Assembly (NCBI GenBank): GCA_017399765.1
Contig: JAFQBH010000014.1
Location: 3,162 to 67,161 of the forward strand
Source: Oscillospiraceae bacterium
GTDB lineage: Bacteria > Bacillota > Clostridia > Oscillospirales > Ruminococcaceae
Length of the DNA stretch: 64,000 nt
Direction of reading: 5' to 3'
Below the pieces are notes generated by a model. That model made no database searches, was not told the DNA's origin, and saw only the letters and a list, made by a program, of their open reading frames with translations. Shown piece by piece: positions 53,450 to 61,580 of the stretch. The translations under genes were made by a program, and so were the position numbers. Positions within the stretch are counted from its first letter, which is position 1. Each line of letters opens with the position of its first letter.

Positions 53450-55764
53450 TGGTTCTCCTTTTTAAGCTGAAAATTTCTTACGGCAAACTGGATCAAAGTT
53501 AACGGCAAAAGGCAAAGCAAAAGAGTTCTTCCGGAAGCGGAAAGCGGAACAAGCATAAACAGTTCCTCGAAAAGATTGATCGCGGCGGAAAAGATAACCG
53601 TGCTTCCGATAACGATTGCCGCTTTGAATTTGTTGAGCGGAAGGCAGGTTGTTAAAAGCATCATAAGGCTTGCGGCTCCGGTATAAACCGTACAGACCGT
53701 CGAAACCTCATCAAGGGAAAGTTTCGCAGACATTCCGAGATTTTCGTTTATTATGAGCACCGCCATAATTCCGAAGAAAACCGTTGCCGCGCCGAAAAGC
53801 GCCCTTTTGAGCACCGTTTTCATAAATTCCTTCGGAACCCTTTTGAAGTTCGGTTCAAGGGCAAGAAAAACCCCCGGAATTCCGGAAGCAACTGCGCCAA
53901 TAAGGGTCATCTGGATAGGTACAAACGGATATGCAAAAGGCGCAAAAAGAAGCGTTGCGGTAAGGGCAAAGGTATAAATAGTTTTCATAAGAAAAATCGA
54001 AGCCGCACGCTGAATGTTGTTGATAACTCTTCTTCCTTCGAGCACGACTTCCGGCATTGCGGAAAAATCCGAATCCAGAAGAACAAGCTGTGCGGCATGA
54101 CTTGCCGCCTGGGCACCGGAAGCCATTGCAACGGAGCAATCCGCATCCTTAAGGGCGAGCACGTCGTTGACTCCGTCGCCGGTCATTGCGACGGTGTGTC
54201 CGTTTTTCTGGAGGGATTTTATTATAACGCGTTTTTGTTCCGGGCTTACCCTTCCGAAAACAACGGTTTTTTCCGCAAGGGCGGAAAGTTCCTCATCAGA
54301 AAGAACCGAAGCGTCCGCAAAATTTTCTGCGCCGGACACCCCGGCTTTTTTTGCAATTGCAGAAACCGCCGCCGGGTTATCGCCGCTTATAACTTTTATG
54401 GAAACGTCGTTTTTGCGGAAATATTCAAAAGTTTCCGCAACATTCGGACGAATTTCATCTTCAATCAGTATAAAACCAAGTGGTTTTTCCGCTTTGTATA
54501 ATTTTCCGTCAAATTTTCCGGAACAAAGAGCGAGAACACGGGTTCCGTCCGCGGAATATTCCGTCGCTTTTTGAACGGTTTCCGGAAAATTTCCGCCGGT
54601 AACGAATTCCGGTGCGCCAAGCATATAGCAGCCTTCCTCACCGAAATCCGCCGCGACATATTTGAGCACCGAGGAAAACGGAAGAACGTTTTTCGCCGGT
54701 TTTTCAATGGGGTTCCGGCTTCCGAAAGCTTCGACAATTGCTTTTGCGGTGGCGTTATCCGCCGGAACGGCGGAATAGATTTCCGCCGCAAGTGCGCCGA
54801 TATCTTCGCCATCAAAGCTTACGGTGCCTTTTATCTTCATATTTCCGCTTGTTATGGTGCCGGTTTTATCAAGGCAGAGCACATCCGCCCTTGCAAGGGA
54901 TTCCAAAGAATAAAGCTGTTGGGTAAGGGTGCGTTTTTGAGCAAGGCGAACAACACCCACAGCAAAACTCATGCTCGTGAGCAGATAAAGCCCGTCCGGA
55001 ATCATTCCGACCATTGCCGCAACGGTCGGAATCATGGAATCCGTATAGGAAAGGCCCTGGTCAACAAAGTGGTTCCAGAAAGTGAGCACGCCCATCGGAA
55101 CAATAAAAACCGTTACGGTTTTTATTATGTTCATCATTGTGTTTTTGAGCACAGATTTTGCCGTTTTGAGCTTTTTCGCTTCCGCGGTGAGTTTTTCGGC
55201 ATAGCTTTCCGCGCCCACCGCGGTAAGAACAACCGCCGCTTCGCCGCTTATCACAAAGCTTCCGGAAAAAAGTTTATCTCCGGCAGCTTTAAGAACGGCG
55301 TCGCTTTCGCCGGTTATAAGGCTTTCGTTAAGCCTTGCCTCGCCGCCGAGCACCGTTCCGTCTGCGGTCATCTGGTCGCCGGCTCCGATGAGCACAACAT
55401 CGCCCAGAACAAGTTCCTGATAAGGCAAAACAACCTCTTTCCCGTCGCGAATGACCCTTGCAGTGGGTGCTGTGAGCACCGAAAGACTGTCAACGGTTTT
55501 CTTCGCCCGAAGTTCCTGAATCGTTCCGATGAGGAAGTTCGATATAACAATACCCAAAAAAAGCATATTGCGGTAGCTGCCCGTGGTGATAACAAGGACC
55601 GCAAGCACAACATTGAGCATGTTATAGAAGGTAAAGAGGTTTGAAAAAATTATCTGTTTTACGCTTTTTGAAGCGGAAGAAGGCGAAACATTCGCCTTGC
55701 CTTCCGCGGCAAGGCGAACTGCATCTTCGCTTGAAAGAGCCGGCCAGCTTTGGTCGATTTTCAA
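53446..55764 (-). CDS. Cation-translocating P-type ATPase (P2-like, TM4 motif PDGL)
   Basis: DKTGTIT phosphorylation site, TGES-like TGESD, MTGDGVNDVLALKDAD hinge. Length 772 aa. TTG start with a weak RBS. Confidence 0.85.
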   Translation of the reverse strand: MKIDQSWPALSSEDAVRLAAEGKANVSPSSASKSVKQIIFSNLFTFYNMLNVVLAVLVITTGSYRNMLFLGIVISNFLIGTIQELRAKKTVDSLSVLTAPTARVIRDGKEVVLPYQELVLGDVVLIGAGDQMTADGTVLGGEARLNESLITGESDAVLKAAGDKLFSGSFVISGEAAVVLTAVGAESYAEKLTAEAKKLKTAKSVLKNTMMNIIKTVTVFIVPMGVLTFWNHFVDQGLSYTDSMIPTVAAMVGMIPDGLYLLTSMSFAVGVVRLAQKRTLTQQLYSLESLARADVLCLDKTGTITSGNMKIKGTVSFDGEDIGALAAEIYSAVPADNATAKAIVEAFGSRNPIEKPAKNVLPFSSVLKYVAADFGEEGCYMLGAPEFVTGGNFPETVQKATEYSADGTRVLALCSGKFDGKLYKAEKPLGFILIEDEIRPNVAETFEYFRKNDVSIKVISGDNPAAVSAIAKKAGVSGAENFADASVLSDEELSALAEKTVVFGRVSPEQKRVIIKSLQKNGHTVAMTGDGVNDVLALKDADCSVAMASGAQAASHAAQLVLLDSDFSAMPEVVLEGRRVINNIQRAASIFLMKTIYTFALTATLLFAPFAYPFVPIQMTLIGAVASGIPGVFLALEPNFKRVPKEFMKTVLKRALFGAATVFFGIMAVLIINENLGMSAKLSLDEVSTVCTVYTGAASLMMLLTTCLPLNKFKAAIVIGSTVIFSAAINLFEELFMLVPLSASGRTLLLCLLPLTLIQFAVRNFQLKKENQ

Positions 55765-55785
55765 GATATCACTGCCTTTTTATTT

Positions 55786-56358
55786 TTACGCAAGGTTAAG
55801 CTTTCCGAGAAGATTGTGGATGCGTTTATAAACAAGATAGGTAACGGCGCCGTTTATTCCGGCTTTTGTGAGGTTAAAGAGAAGGATAAAAGGCATAAGG
55901 CTTTTTACCATTCCTTTTGCGGCTTCAATTTCCATTCCGGCCATTGCGTTGAGATAAACCGGAGTGAGCGCAAGGTTTGCCGGATACATTACCGCAACCA
56001 TTGCAAGAACGCCGCAGGCGATTGCAATAAGGGCGCCTTTTTTTGTTTTTTTGCGTTTATAAATCGTTCCGGCAACAAGAGTGAAAGCGCTTGTTGCGAT
56101 TATGTGCATAACGATTCCGTAAACTCCGCTTTGGGCGGAAACGGTCATTCCCTGGATCGCGGAAACAATAACGGTCAAAACAACGCCCCAGACCGGTCCG
56201 AAAAGGAAGGTTCCTATAAGTATCGGAATATCCGCCGGGTCATATTCAAGGAAGGAAACCGCCGGAAAAATCGGGAAATGGATGAATGCAACCAGAACAA
56301 TTGAGCAGGCCGCAAGGACGCCGAGAGTTGTGAGTTTTTTTGTGTTCATGTTTTTCAT
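55786..56358 (-). CDS. ribU: ECF-type riboflavin transporter S component
   Basis: 190 aa, 5-6 TM, and an FMN riboswitch directly upstream. Confidence 0.8.
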   Translation of the reverse strand: MKNMNTKKLTTLGVLAACSIVLVAFIHFPIFPAVSFLEYDPADIPILIGTFLFGPVWGVVLTVIVSAIQGMTVSAQSGVYGIVMHIIATSAFTLVAGTIYKRKKTKKGALIAIACGVLAMVAVMYPANLALTPVYLNAMAGMEIEAAKGMVKSLMPFILLFNLTKAGINGAVTYLVYKRIHNLLGKLNLA

Positions 56359-56417
56359 AATAATACCCCTTCTTTTTTAAGATAGTGTGAACAGTTTCTT
56401 AAAAGAAAGGCAAAATC

Positions 56418-56612
56418 GCAAAAAGAAATGCTCCGCACAAATTCTGTACGGAGCAAAAATTTCTTCACGCAGTTTCGCCATCCGGACTTAATGCGAAATT
56501 TTCGCAAACACCGTCGGTACGGGATTCTGACCCGTTCTTGCTGTTAAGCTCTCGGACTTATCGGATAAAACCGCTTCACCGCCGGTAGGGAATCTCACCC
56601 TGCCCCGAAACT
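56418..56612 (-). promoter_or_regulatory. FMN riboswitch (RFN element) with expression-platform terminator
   Basis: Minus strand UUCGGGGCAGGGUGAGAUUCCCUACCGGCGGU...AGUCCGAGAGC...GGUCAGAAUCCCGUACCGACGGU...AAGUCCGGAUGGCGAAAC. This is followed by GCUCCGUACAGAAUUUGUGCGGAGC + U-run. Confidence 0.9.
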
Positions 56613-56666
56613 ATTTAATTTTATGAATAAGCGCAGTACGCCTATTGCCATTGTTTTCTGGAAGAA

Positions 56667-57089
56667 TTATTCTTCGTCTTCCTCTTCTTCGTCAAGGTCG
56701 AATTCGAGATGTTCGCCGCAGTTGGGGCAATCCATTTCGCCTTCGTCAACGATGCAGCCGTCGATGCAGATAACTTCGCCGCAAGCAGGGCATTCTACTT
56801 CATAGAGATCTTCATCGTCGCAGCAGCAATCGCAATCGTCATCGCAGCAGTCGCAGTCACAATCGCAGTCGCAATCGTCATCGAATTCATAATAATCGTT
56901 TTCAAGAGCTTCAAGGTCTTCGTCGATAAGTTCAACCTGTTCGCCAACTTCTGCAAGAGCGTCCTGAACGTCTTCTACATCGTATGCAAGGTCTTCGAGG
57001 ATGTCAACGATAGCGTTGAGAACTTTGTCGTCGCAGTTAAGGCCTTCCATAAGACCTTTGAGATGTGCAACTTTTTCAGCAATAGTCAT
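56667..57089 (-). CDS. Highly acidic protein with (Asp-Cys)n repeat and C-terminal zinc ribbon
   Basis: 140 aa. ...YEFDDDCDCDCDCDCCDDDCDCCCDDED...CPACGEVICIDGC...CPNCGEHL...EEEEDEE. Reminiscent of the clostridial CD1247-type small proteins (from memory). Confidence 0.7.
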   Translation of the reverse strand: MTIAEKVAHLKGLMEGLNCDDKVLNAIVDILEDLAYDVEDVQDALAEVGEQVELIDEDLEALENDYYEFDDDCDCDCDCDCCDDDCDCCCDDEDLYEVECPACGEVICIDGCIVDEGEMDCPNCGEHLEFDLDEEEEDEE

Positions 57090-57139
57090 GTTTTTTCTCC
57101 TTTGCCATAAAGGCGGTTTTAAAAATGTTTGTGATCGGA

Positions 57140-57697
57140 TTATGCTCTGCCGATGTATTCACCGGTTCTGGTATCGATCTGGATTTTGTCGCCTTCGTTG
57201 ATGAAAAGCGGAACCTTAACCTGTGCGCCGGTTTCAACGGTTGCGGGTTTGGTAACGTTGGTTGCGGTATCGCCTTTAACGCCGGGTTCGGTTTCGGTTA
57301 CTTCAAGAGTTACGAAGTTCGGAGCTTCGAGGCCGAAAACTTTGCCTTTGTAAGAAAGGATACGGCAAACGTCTTCTTCTTTGCAGAATTTGAAGGAATC
57401 GCCGAGAAGGCTTTCTTCGATCGGGATAAGTTCATAAGTTTCGGGATCCATGAAGTAATAAAGGTCGCCGTCGGTGTAGCTGTAAGACATTTCTTTTCTT
57501 TCGATAAATGCAGTGGGGAATTTATCGGTAGGGTTGAAAGTGCGCTCTACAACTGCGCCGGTGATGACGTTTCTGATTTTGGTACGTACGAATGCTGCAC
57601 CTTTGCCGGGTTTTACATGCTGGAATTCGATGATCTGATATACATCACCGTTATCGTCAAAAGTAACACCGTTTCTGAAATCGCCTGCAGAAACCAT
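57140..57697 (-). CDS. efp: Elongation factor P
   Basis: [37 protein letters not shown]... Length 185 aa. Confidence 0.95.
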   Translation of the reverse strand: MVSAGDFRNGVTFDDNGDVYQIIEFQHVKPGKGAAFVRTKIRNVITGAVVERTFNPTDKFPTAFIERKEMSYSYTDGDLYYFMDPETYELIPIEESLLGDSFKFCKEEDVCRILSYKGKVFGLEAPNFVTLEVTETEPGVKGDTATNVTKPATVETGAQVKVPLFINEGDKIQIDTRTGEYIGRA

Positions 57698-57921
57698 AAG
57701 TTAAACCTCCTAAAATGAAGCGCAATAGCGCATTTTTTACACTATCAATAATAAAGTATTTTTGCCTTTTTTGCAATAGTTTTTTATAAAATTATGCCCA
57801 TTATGACCTTTATATTTCAAAAAAGAGTGATTTTCGTGCTTTTGGTCCCAATTCTACTTTCCATAGGTTGCCGTTTTCTTTCGGATATGATAACCTCAAA
57901 ACAAAGAAAGGAGCGATTTTT

Positions 57922-58500
57922 ATGTCCTATATAAACGGCAAAATTATAAAGGAACTTCGGGAAGGAAAAAATCTTACCCAAAAACAGCTTGGGGAAATAA
58001 TTTCCGTTTCGGACAAAACGGTTTCAAAATGGGAAACGGAAAAGGGACTTCCGGATATAACTCTTCTTGAACCGCTTTCAAAAGCTCTCGGAGTTTCGGT
58101 TGCGGAGCTTCTTTCCGGCGAAAATATTGTTAACCAAAACCGCTCCGGAAATATTTCAAAGCTTAAATTTTACGTTTGTCCGGTATGCGGAAACGTGATA
58201 ACCGCCCTTGGCGAAGGCGCTTTTTCCTGCTGCGGAACAAAGCTCCCAGCTCTTTCCGCGGAAAAAGCGGAGGAAAATTCCTTTGAAATTGAAAGACCGG
58301 AGGGGGATATTTTTCTCCGCTTCAACCACCCGATGACAAAGGAACACTATATTTCTTTCGCCGCATATGTCACCTATAACGGCATAGTCCTCAAAAAACT
58401 TTATCCGGAGCAGGAAGCGGAAATTCGTTTTCCTTTTTCCGGAAAAGGAAAAATCTTTTTCTTTTGCAACAGGGAAGGGCTTTTTGAATTAAAAATCTGA
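57922..58500 (+). CDS. XRE-family HTH regulator fused to a desulfoferrodoxin-like (Dx + SOR-like) domain
   Basis: ATG at 57922 with RBS AAAGGAG. HTH IKELREGKNLTQKQLGEIISVSDKTVSKWETEK. Dx motif CPVCGN..14..CCG. SOR-like NHPMTKEHYI and FFCNREG. Confidence 0.75.
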   Translation: MSYINGKIIKELREGKNLTQKQLGEIISVSDKTVSKWETEKGLPDITLLEPLSKALGVSVAELLSGENIVNQNRSGNISKLKFYVCPVCGNVITALGEGAFSCCGTKLPALSAEKAEENSFEIERPEGDIFLRFNHPMTKEHYISFAAYVTYNGIVLKKLYPEQEAEIRFPFSGKGKIFFFCNREGLFELKI

Positions 58501-58646
58501 TTTTCTGTTAAATTTTTCTCCGTTTTGTGAAAAATACCTATGACATTTTTTGTCAAAATATGCTACAATATATGTGTAAAAAGTTCACCTTTTGAAAGTT
58601 TTGCAGTATATTTTGCCGGAATTACGGAGAAAGGAAAGATTTTTTG

Positions 58647-59144
58647 ATGTTTGAAAAAGGTCATGTTTTTGTATATGGTGCCAGCGGCGTTTGCAGAGTT
58701 GAAGATATCTGCGTAAGAGATTACGGCGCGGGAAAAAAGGAATATTATATCCTCCAGCCGGTTTTTGACCTTCGTTCAAGCCTTTCCATTCCTGTGGACA
58801 GCCCTGTTTTTGAAAATCACGCAAGAGAACTTCTTCGAAAAGAGGAGGTTCTTGAAATCATAGATTCCTTCCCGAACACCGAAGCGGGATGGATAAGGGA
58901 CGACAAGGAACGCATCGAAACTTTCCGAAGCCTTCTTGAAGGCGGAGTCCACAAAGATATTGTGACCCTTATCCGAAGCCTTTATTTACATAAAAAAGAG
59001 CTTGCGGAAAAGGGCAAAAAACTCCGCAGCAGCGACGAGGCGATTATGCAAAGGGCGGAAAAGCTTCTTTACAGCGAATTTGCCTGGGTCCTCGGAATTG
59101 AACCGAAAGAGGTCGTTCCGTTCATAAAAGAAAGAATTGAATAA
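58647..59144 (+). CDS. carD: CarD/CdnL-family RNA-polymerase-binding regulator
   Basis: MFEKGHVFVYGASGVCRVEDI...KEYYILQP (Tudor-like RID) plus a helical C-domain. RBS GGAGAAAGGAAAG. Confidence 0.85.
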   Translation: MFEKGHVFVYGASGVCRVEDICVRDYGAGKKEYYILQPVFDLRSSLSIPVDSPVFENHARELLRKEEVLEIIDSFPNTEAGWIRDDKERIETFRSLLEGGVHKDIVTLIRSLYLHKKELAEKGKKLRSSDEAIMQRAEKLLYSEFAWVLGIEPKEVVPFIKERIE

Positions 59145-59147
59145 TTC

Positions 59148-59172
59148 AAAGGCGCCGGAAGGCGCTTTTTTT
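59148..59172 (+). terminator. Intrinsic terminator after carD
   Basis: AAGGCGCC-GGAA-GGCGCTT + TTTTT. Confidence 0.8.
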
Positions 59173-59218
59173 ATAATCACCGAAAAAATTTGCAACCCCG
59201 GATAATGGGCTTTATTCG

Positions 59219-59243
59219 TAGTAGCGGATATTATCCGCTACTA
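59219..59243. repeat. Perfect 25-nt palindrome
   Basis: TAGTAGCGGATA-T-TATCCGCTACTA: 12-bp arms with no mismatch. The right arm overlaps a TATAAT hexamer (59242-59247). Confidence 0.8.
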
Positions 59244-59249
59244 TAATTT

Positions 59250-59274
59250 TGCATTATGCACTATGCACTTTGCA
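59250..59274. repeat. Four TGCA tetramers at exact 7-nt spacing
   Basis: TGCAttaTGCActaTGCActtTGCA, with units at 59250, 59257, 59264 and 59271. Confidence 0.8.
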
Positions 59275-59280
59275 TTAAAA

Positions 59281-59332
59281 AAGAATCCCTCCACCGCCAA
59301 AGGCGGTCCCCCTCCCTTTAGGCAAGGGAGGC
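59281..59332 (+). repeat. Two-hairpin intergenic repeat, copy 1 (upstream of mgtE)
   Basis: AAGAATCCCTCCACCG / hairpin ACCGCC-AAA-GGCGGT / CCCCCTCCCTTTA..CAAGGGAGGC. Shares 16-nt and 17-nt identical blocks with copy 2. Confidence 0.75.
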
Positions 59333-59388
59333 TTATCTTCCGGGAAGGCTTTTTCTTCACCGGTTCATCAAAAAGCCCTTTCTTTTTA

Positions 59389-59417
59389 TTGACTTTATAT
59401 TTTTTTAGGAATATTAT
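59389..59417 (+). promoter_or_regulatory. Sigma-A promoter of mgtE
   Basis: TTGACT-17 nt-TATTAT, about 40 nt upstream of the mgtE ATG. Confidence 0.55.
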
Positions 59418-59456
59418 TAATAATAGGTAAATTTCGGGAAACGGAGGTATTTTGTC

Positions 59457-60857
59457 ATGGCTGAACCTGAAGAAAGATTTGAAGAAGTTTATGACGAACT
59501 CAGAGATGAACTGGAGGAACTTTGCCACGAAAAGCGGTATAACGACCTTCGAAAACGCTTTCTCGATATGAACCCTGCGGATATCGCATGGCTTTTTGAC
59601 GATATGCCGGAGGATCATCTTCCGGTTATGTTCCGCCTTCTTTCAAAAGAAGTTGCGGCGGACGTTTTTATCAATCTTGAAAGCGATTCCCAGGAAATGC
59701 TTATAAAAGGCTTTTCCAACGCGGAACTCGAAGCTATCCTTGATGAGATGTTCCTTGACGATACCATCGACGTTATCGAGGAAATGCCCGCAAACGTTGT
59801 TAAAAGAATCCTTAAATATTCCGACCCGGAAACCAGAAAAGAGATAAACAAAATTCTCCAGTATCCGGAAGATTCCGCCGGTTCCCTTATGACAACGGAA
59901 TTTATCCGTCTTCGCCGGGGAACGACTGTTGCCGGCGCTTTTGACGTTATCCGTCAGAAGGGCGACGATTCCGAGACCATCAACGTTTCCTACGTTACCG
60001 ACGAAGAACGCCATCTCATCGGCTACGTCACCATTCGTACCCTTGTTCTTGAAAAAGATACAAGCGCCCTTATCGGCGACATTATGGAACCAAACGTAAT
60101 TTCCGCCAGAACCACCGACGATAAGGAATCGGTCGTTCAGCGTATGAGCAAATATGACTTCGATACCATGCCGGTTGTTGATGCGGAAGACCGCCTTGTC
60201 GGAATCATCACCTTCGACGACGCTATCGACGTTATCGAAGAAGAGGCCACCGAAGATATCGAAAAGATGGCGGCAATCACCCCGAGTGACCGCCCCTATC
60301 TTCGTACCGCGGTTTTTGATATCTGGAAATCCCGTATTCCCTGGCTTATGATACTCATGCTTTCCTCCACCTTCACCGGAATGATAATCAGCAGTTTTGA
60401 AGGGGCACTGGCTTCCTGCGTTGTTTTAACCGCTTTTATCCCTATGCTCATGGGCACCGGCGGTAACTGCAGCAACCAGACTTCCGCAACGGTTATCCGC
60501 GGACTTTCGCTCCAGGAAATTGAATTCCGCGACGTTTTCAAGGTAATCTGGAAGGAAGCAAGGGTCGGACTTCTTGCAGGTGCGGCTCTTGCGGCAGTAA
60601 GTTTCATCAAAGTCCTTCTTTTTGACGGAATGCTCCTTGGAAATCCGGAAGTCACCCCGATGGTTTCCGCAGTAATCTCCCTTACCCTTGTTCTCACCGT
60701 TTTTTGTTCCAAAATCGTCGGCGCGTTCATGCCCCTTTTCGCAAAAAAAGTCGGCGCGGACCCTGCGGTTATGGCTTCGCCTTTTATCACAACCGTTGTT
60801 GACGCCCTTTCGCTCGTTATCTATTTCGGTTTTGCAACTGTCCTGCTGGGAATATAA
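59457..60857 (+). CDS. mgtE: Magnesium transporter MgtE
   Basis: 466 aa. MgtE N-domain, CBS pair, and 5-TM C-domain with PMLMGTGGNCSNQTSA. Confidence 0.9.
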   Translation: MAEPEERFEEVYDELRDELEELCHEKRYNDLRKRFLDMNPADIAWLFDDMPEDHLPVMFRLLSKEVAADVFINLESDSQEMLIKGFSNAELEAILDEMFLDDTIDVIEEMPANVVKRILKYSDPETRKEINKILQYPEDSAGSLMTTEFIRLRRGTTVAGAFDVIRQKGDDSETINVSYVTDEERHLIGYVTIRTLVLEKDTSALIGDIMEPNVISARTTDDKESVVQRMSKYDFDTMPVVDAEDRLVGIITFDDAIDVIEEEATEDIEKMAAITPSDRPYLRTAVFDIWKSRIPWLMILMLSSTFTGMIISSFEGALASCVVLTAFIPMLMGTGGNCSNQTSATVIRGLSLQEIEFRDVFKVIWKEARVGLLAGAALAAVSFIKVLLFDGMLLGNPEVTPMVSAVISLTLVLTVFCSKIVGAFMPLFAKKVGADPAVMASPFITTVVDALSLVIYFGFATVLLGI

Positions 60858-60876
60858 TATTGCGGAAAACTTTTGC

Positions 60877-60932
60877 AAGAATCCCTCCACCGTGCCTACG
60901 GCAACGGTCCCCCTCCCTTTAACAAGGGAGGC
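60877..60932 (+). repeat. Two-hairpin intergenic repeat, copy 2 (downstream of mgtE)
   Basis: AAGAATCCCTCCACCG / hairpin ACCGTGCC-TAC-GGCAACGGT / CCCCCTCCCTTTAACAAGGGAGGC. Confidence 0.75.
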
Positions 60933-60946
60933 AATTAATTTTCCGC

Positions 60947-60975
60947 TTGACAACGGGCTTTTCTGCCCTTATAAT
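60947..60975 (+). promoter_or_regulatory. Consensus sigma-A promoter upstream of the ygjV-like pair
   Basis: TTGACA-17 nt-TATAAT, a perfect match to both hexamers. Confidence 0.6.
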
Positions 60976-61001
60976 ATTTAATGCTGTTTACAGATTTTCT
61001 G

Positions 61002-61034
61002 CTGTCCGGCCTTGACAAAGCCGGACAGTTTTTT
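61002..61034 (+). terminator. Intrinsic terminator between the promoter and the first ygjV-like gene (also the only strong terminator after mgtE)
   Basis: CTGTCCGGC-CTTGACAAA-GCCGGACAG + TTTTTT. Confidence 0.75.
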
Positions 61035-61058
61035 ATTTATTCAATGGAGGTACTGATT

Positions 61059-61580
61059 TTGGATAATATTTCTATTATTGTCGCCAACATAATTTCAATC
61101 GTTTCCTGCACCATGATGGTGCTTATCGGTCTTATCAAAAACAAAAACAAAATTCTCGCCGCCCAGTGCGTTCAGTTCACCCTTATGGGCGTTTCCCACT
61201 ATCTTCTTGGCGGAATGGGCGGAGTTTGGGCAACCGTTGTAAGCATTTTAAGGAACCTTGCTTTCTTTAAATTCAAAGTTACTGTTCCGCTTAAAATCCT
61301 TTTTGTCGTTCTTTCGGTCGTTCTTTCGCTCGGAACCGTTACTCTTAACCCCATAACCTGGCTTCCGATCCTTGCAACTTCCCTTTTCACCTGGGTAATC
61401 GACAGCGAAGACATTATAAAATTCAAAAATGTGATGATCCTCACCGTCTGCATGTGGTTTGTTTATGATGCAGTTCATTTCAACTTCATTTCCGCCGCAT
61501 TTGATGCCTTCACCGTTGTTTCCACCGGTTACAGCGTATGGCAGATCAAAAAAGAACAGAAAGCGGCTGAAAACAAATGA
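61059..61580 (+). CDS. YgjV-family inner membrane protein, paralog 1
   Basis: TTG at 61059 lies 8 nt after GGAGG. ATG 61044 and the track start 60981 lack an RBS and cross the terminator. About 40% identical by eye to paralog 2 (..MMVLIGLIKNK.., NPITWLPI). Confidence 0.7.
   Translation: MDNISIIVANIISIVSCTMMVLIGLIKNKNKILAAQCVQFTLMGVSHYLLGGMGGVWATVVSILRNLAFFKFKVTVPLKILFVVLSVVLSLGTVTLNPITWLPILATSLFTWVIDSEDIIKFKNVMILTVCMWFVYDAVHFNFISAAFDAFTVVSTGYSVWQIKKEQKAAENK

Noticed and set aside
59190-59456. An M-box (ykoK) Mg2+ riboswitch was expected upstream of mgtE.
   Set aside because: None of the conserved M-box blocks I remember (GUUAGGUGAGGCU, GACGCUAAUGGGUCAAC, CAGUGCUAAAGCUCUACG) is present on either strand. 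The mapped promoter leaves only a ~40-nt leader.
60981-61058. The ORF-track start at 60981 would add a 26-aa N-terminal extension to the first YgjV-like protein.
   Set aside because: The extension runs through a strong terminator hairpin, has no RBS, and has no counterpart in the paralog. TTG at 61059 behind GGAGG is preferred. It is kept only as a possible leaderless leader-peptide hypothesis.
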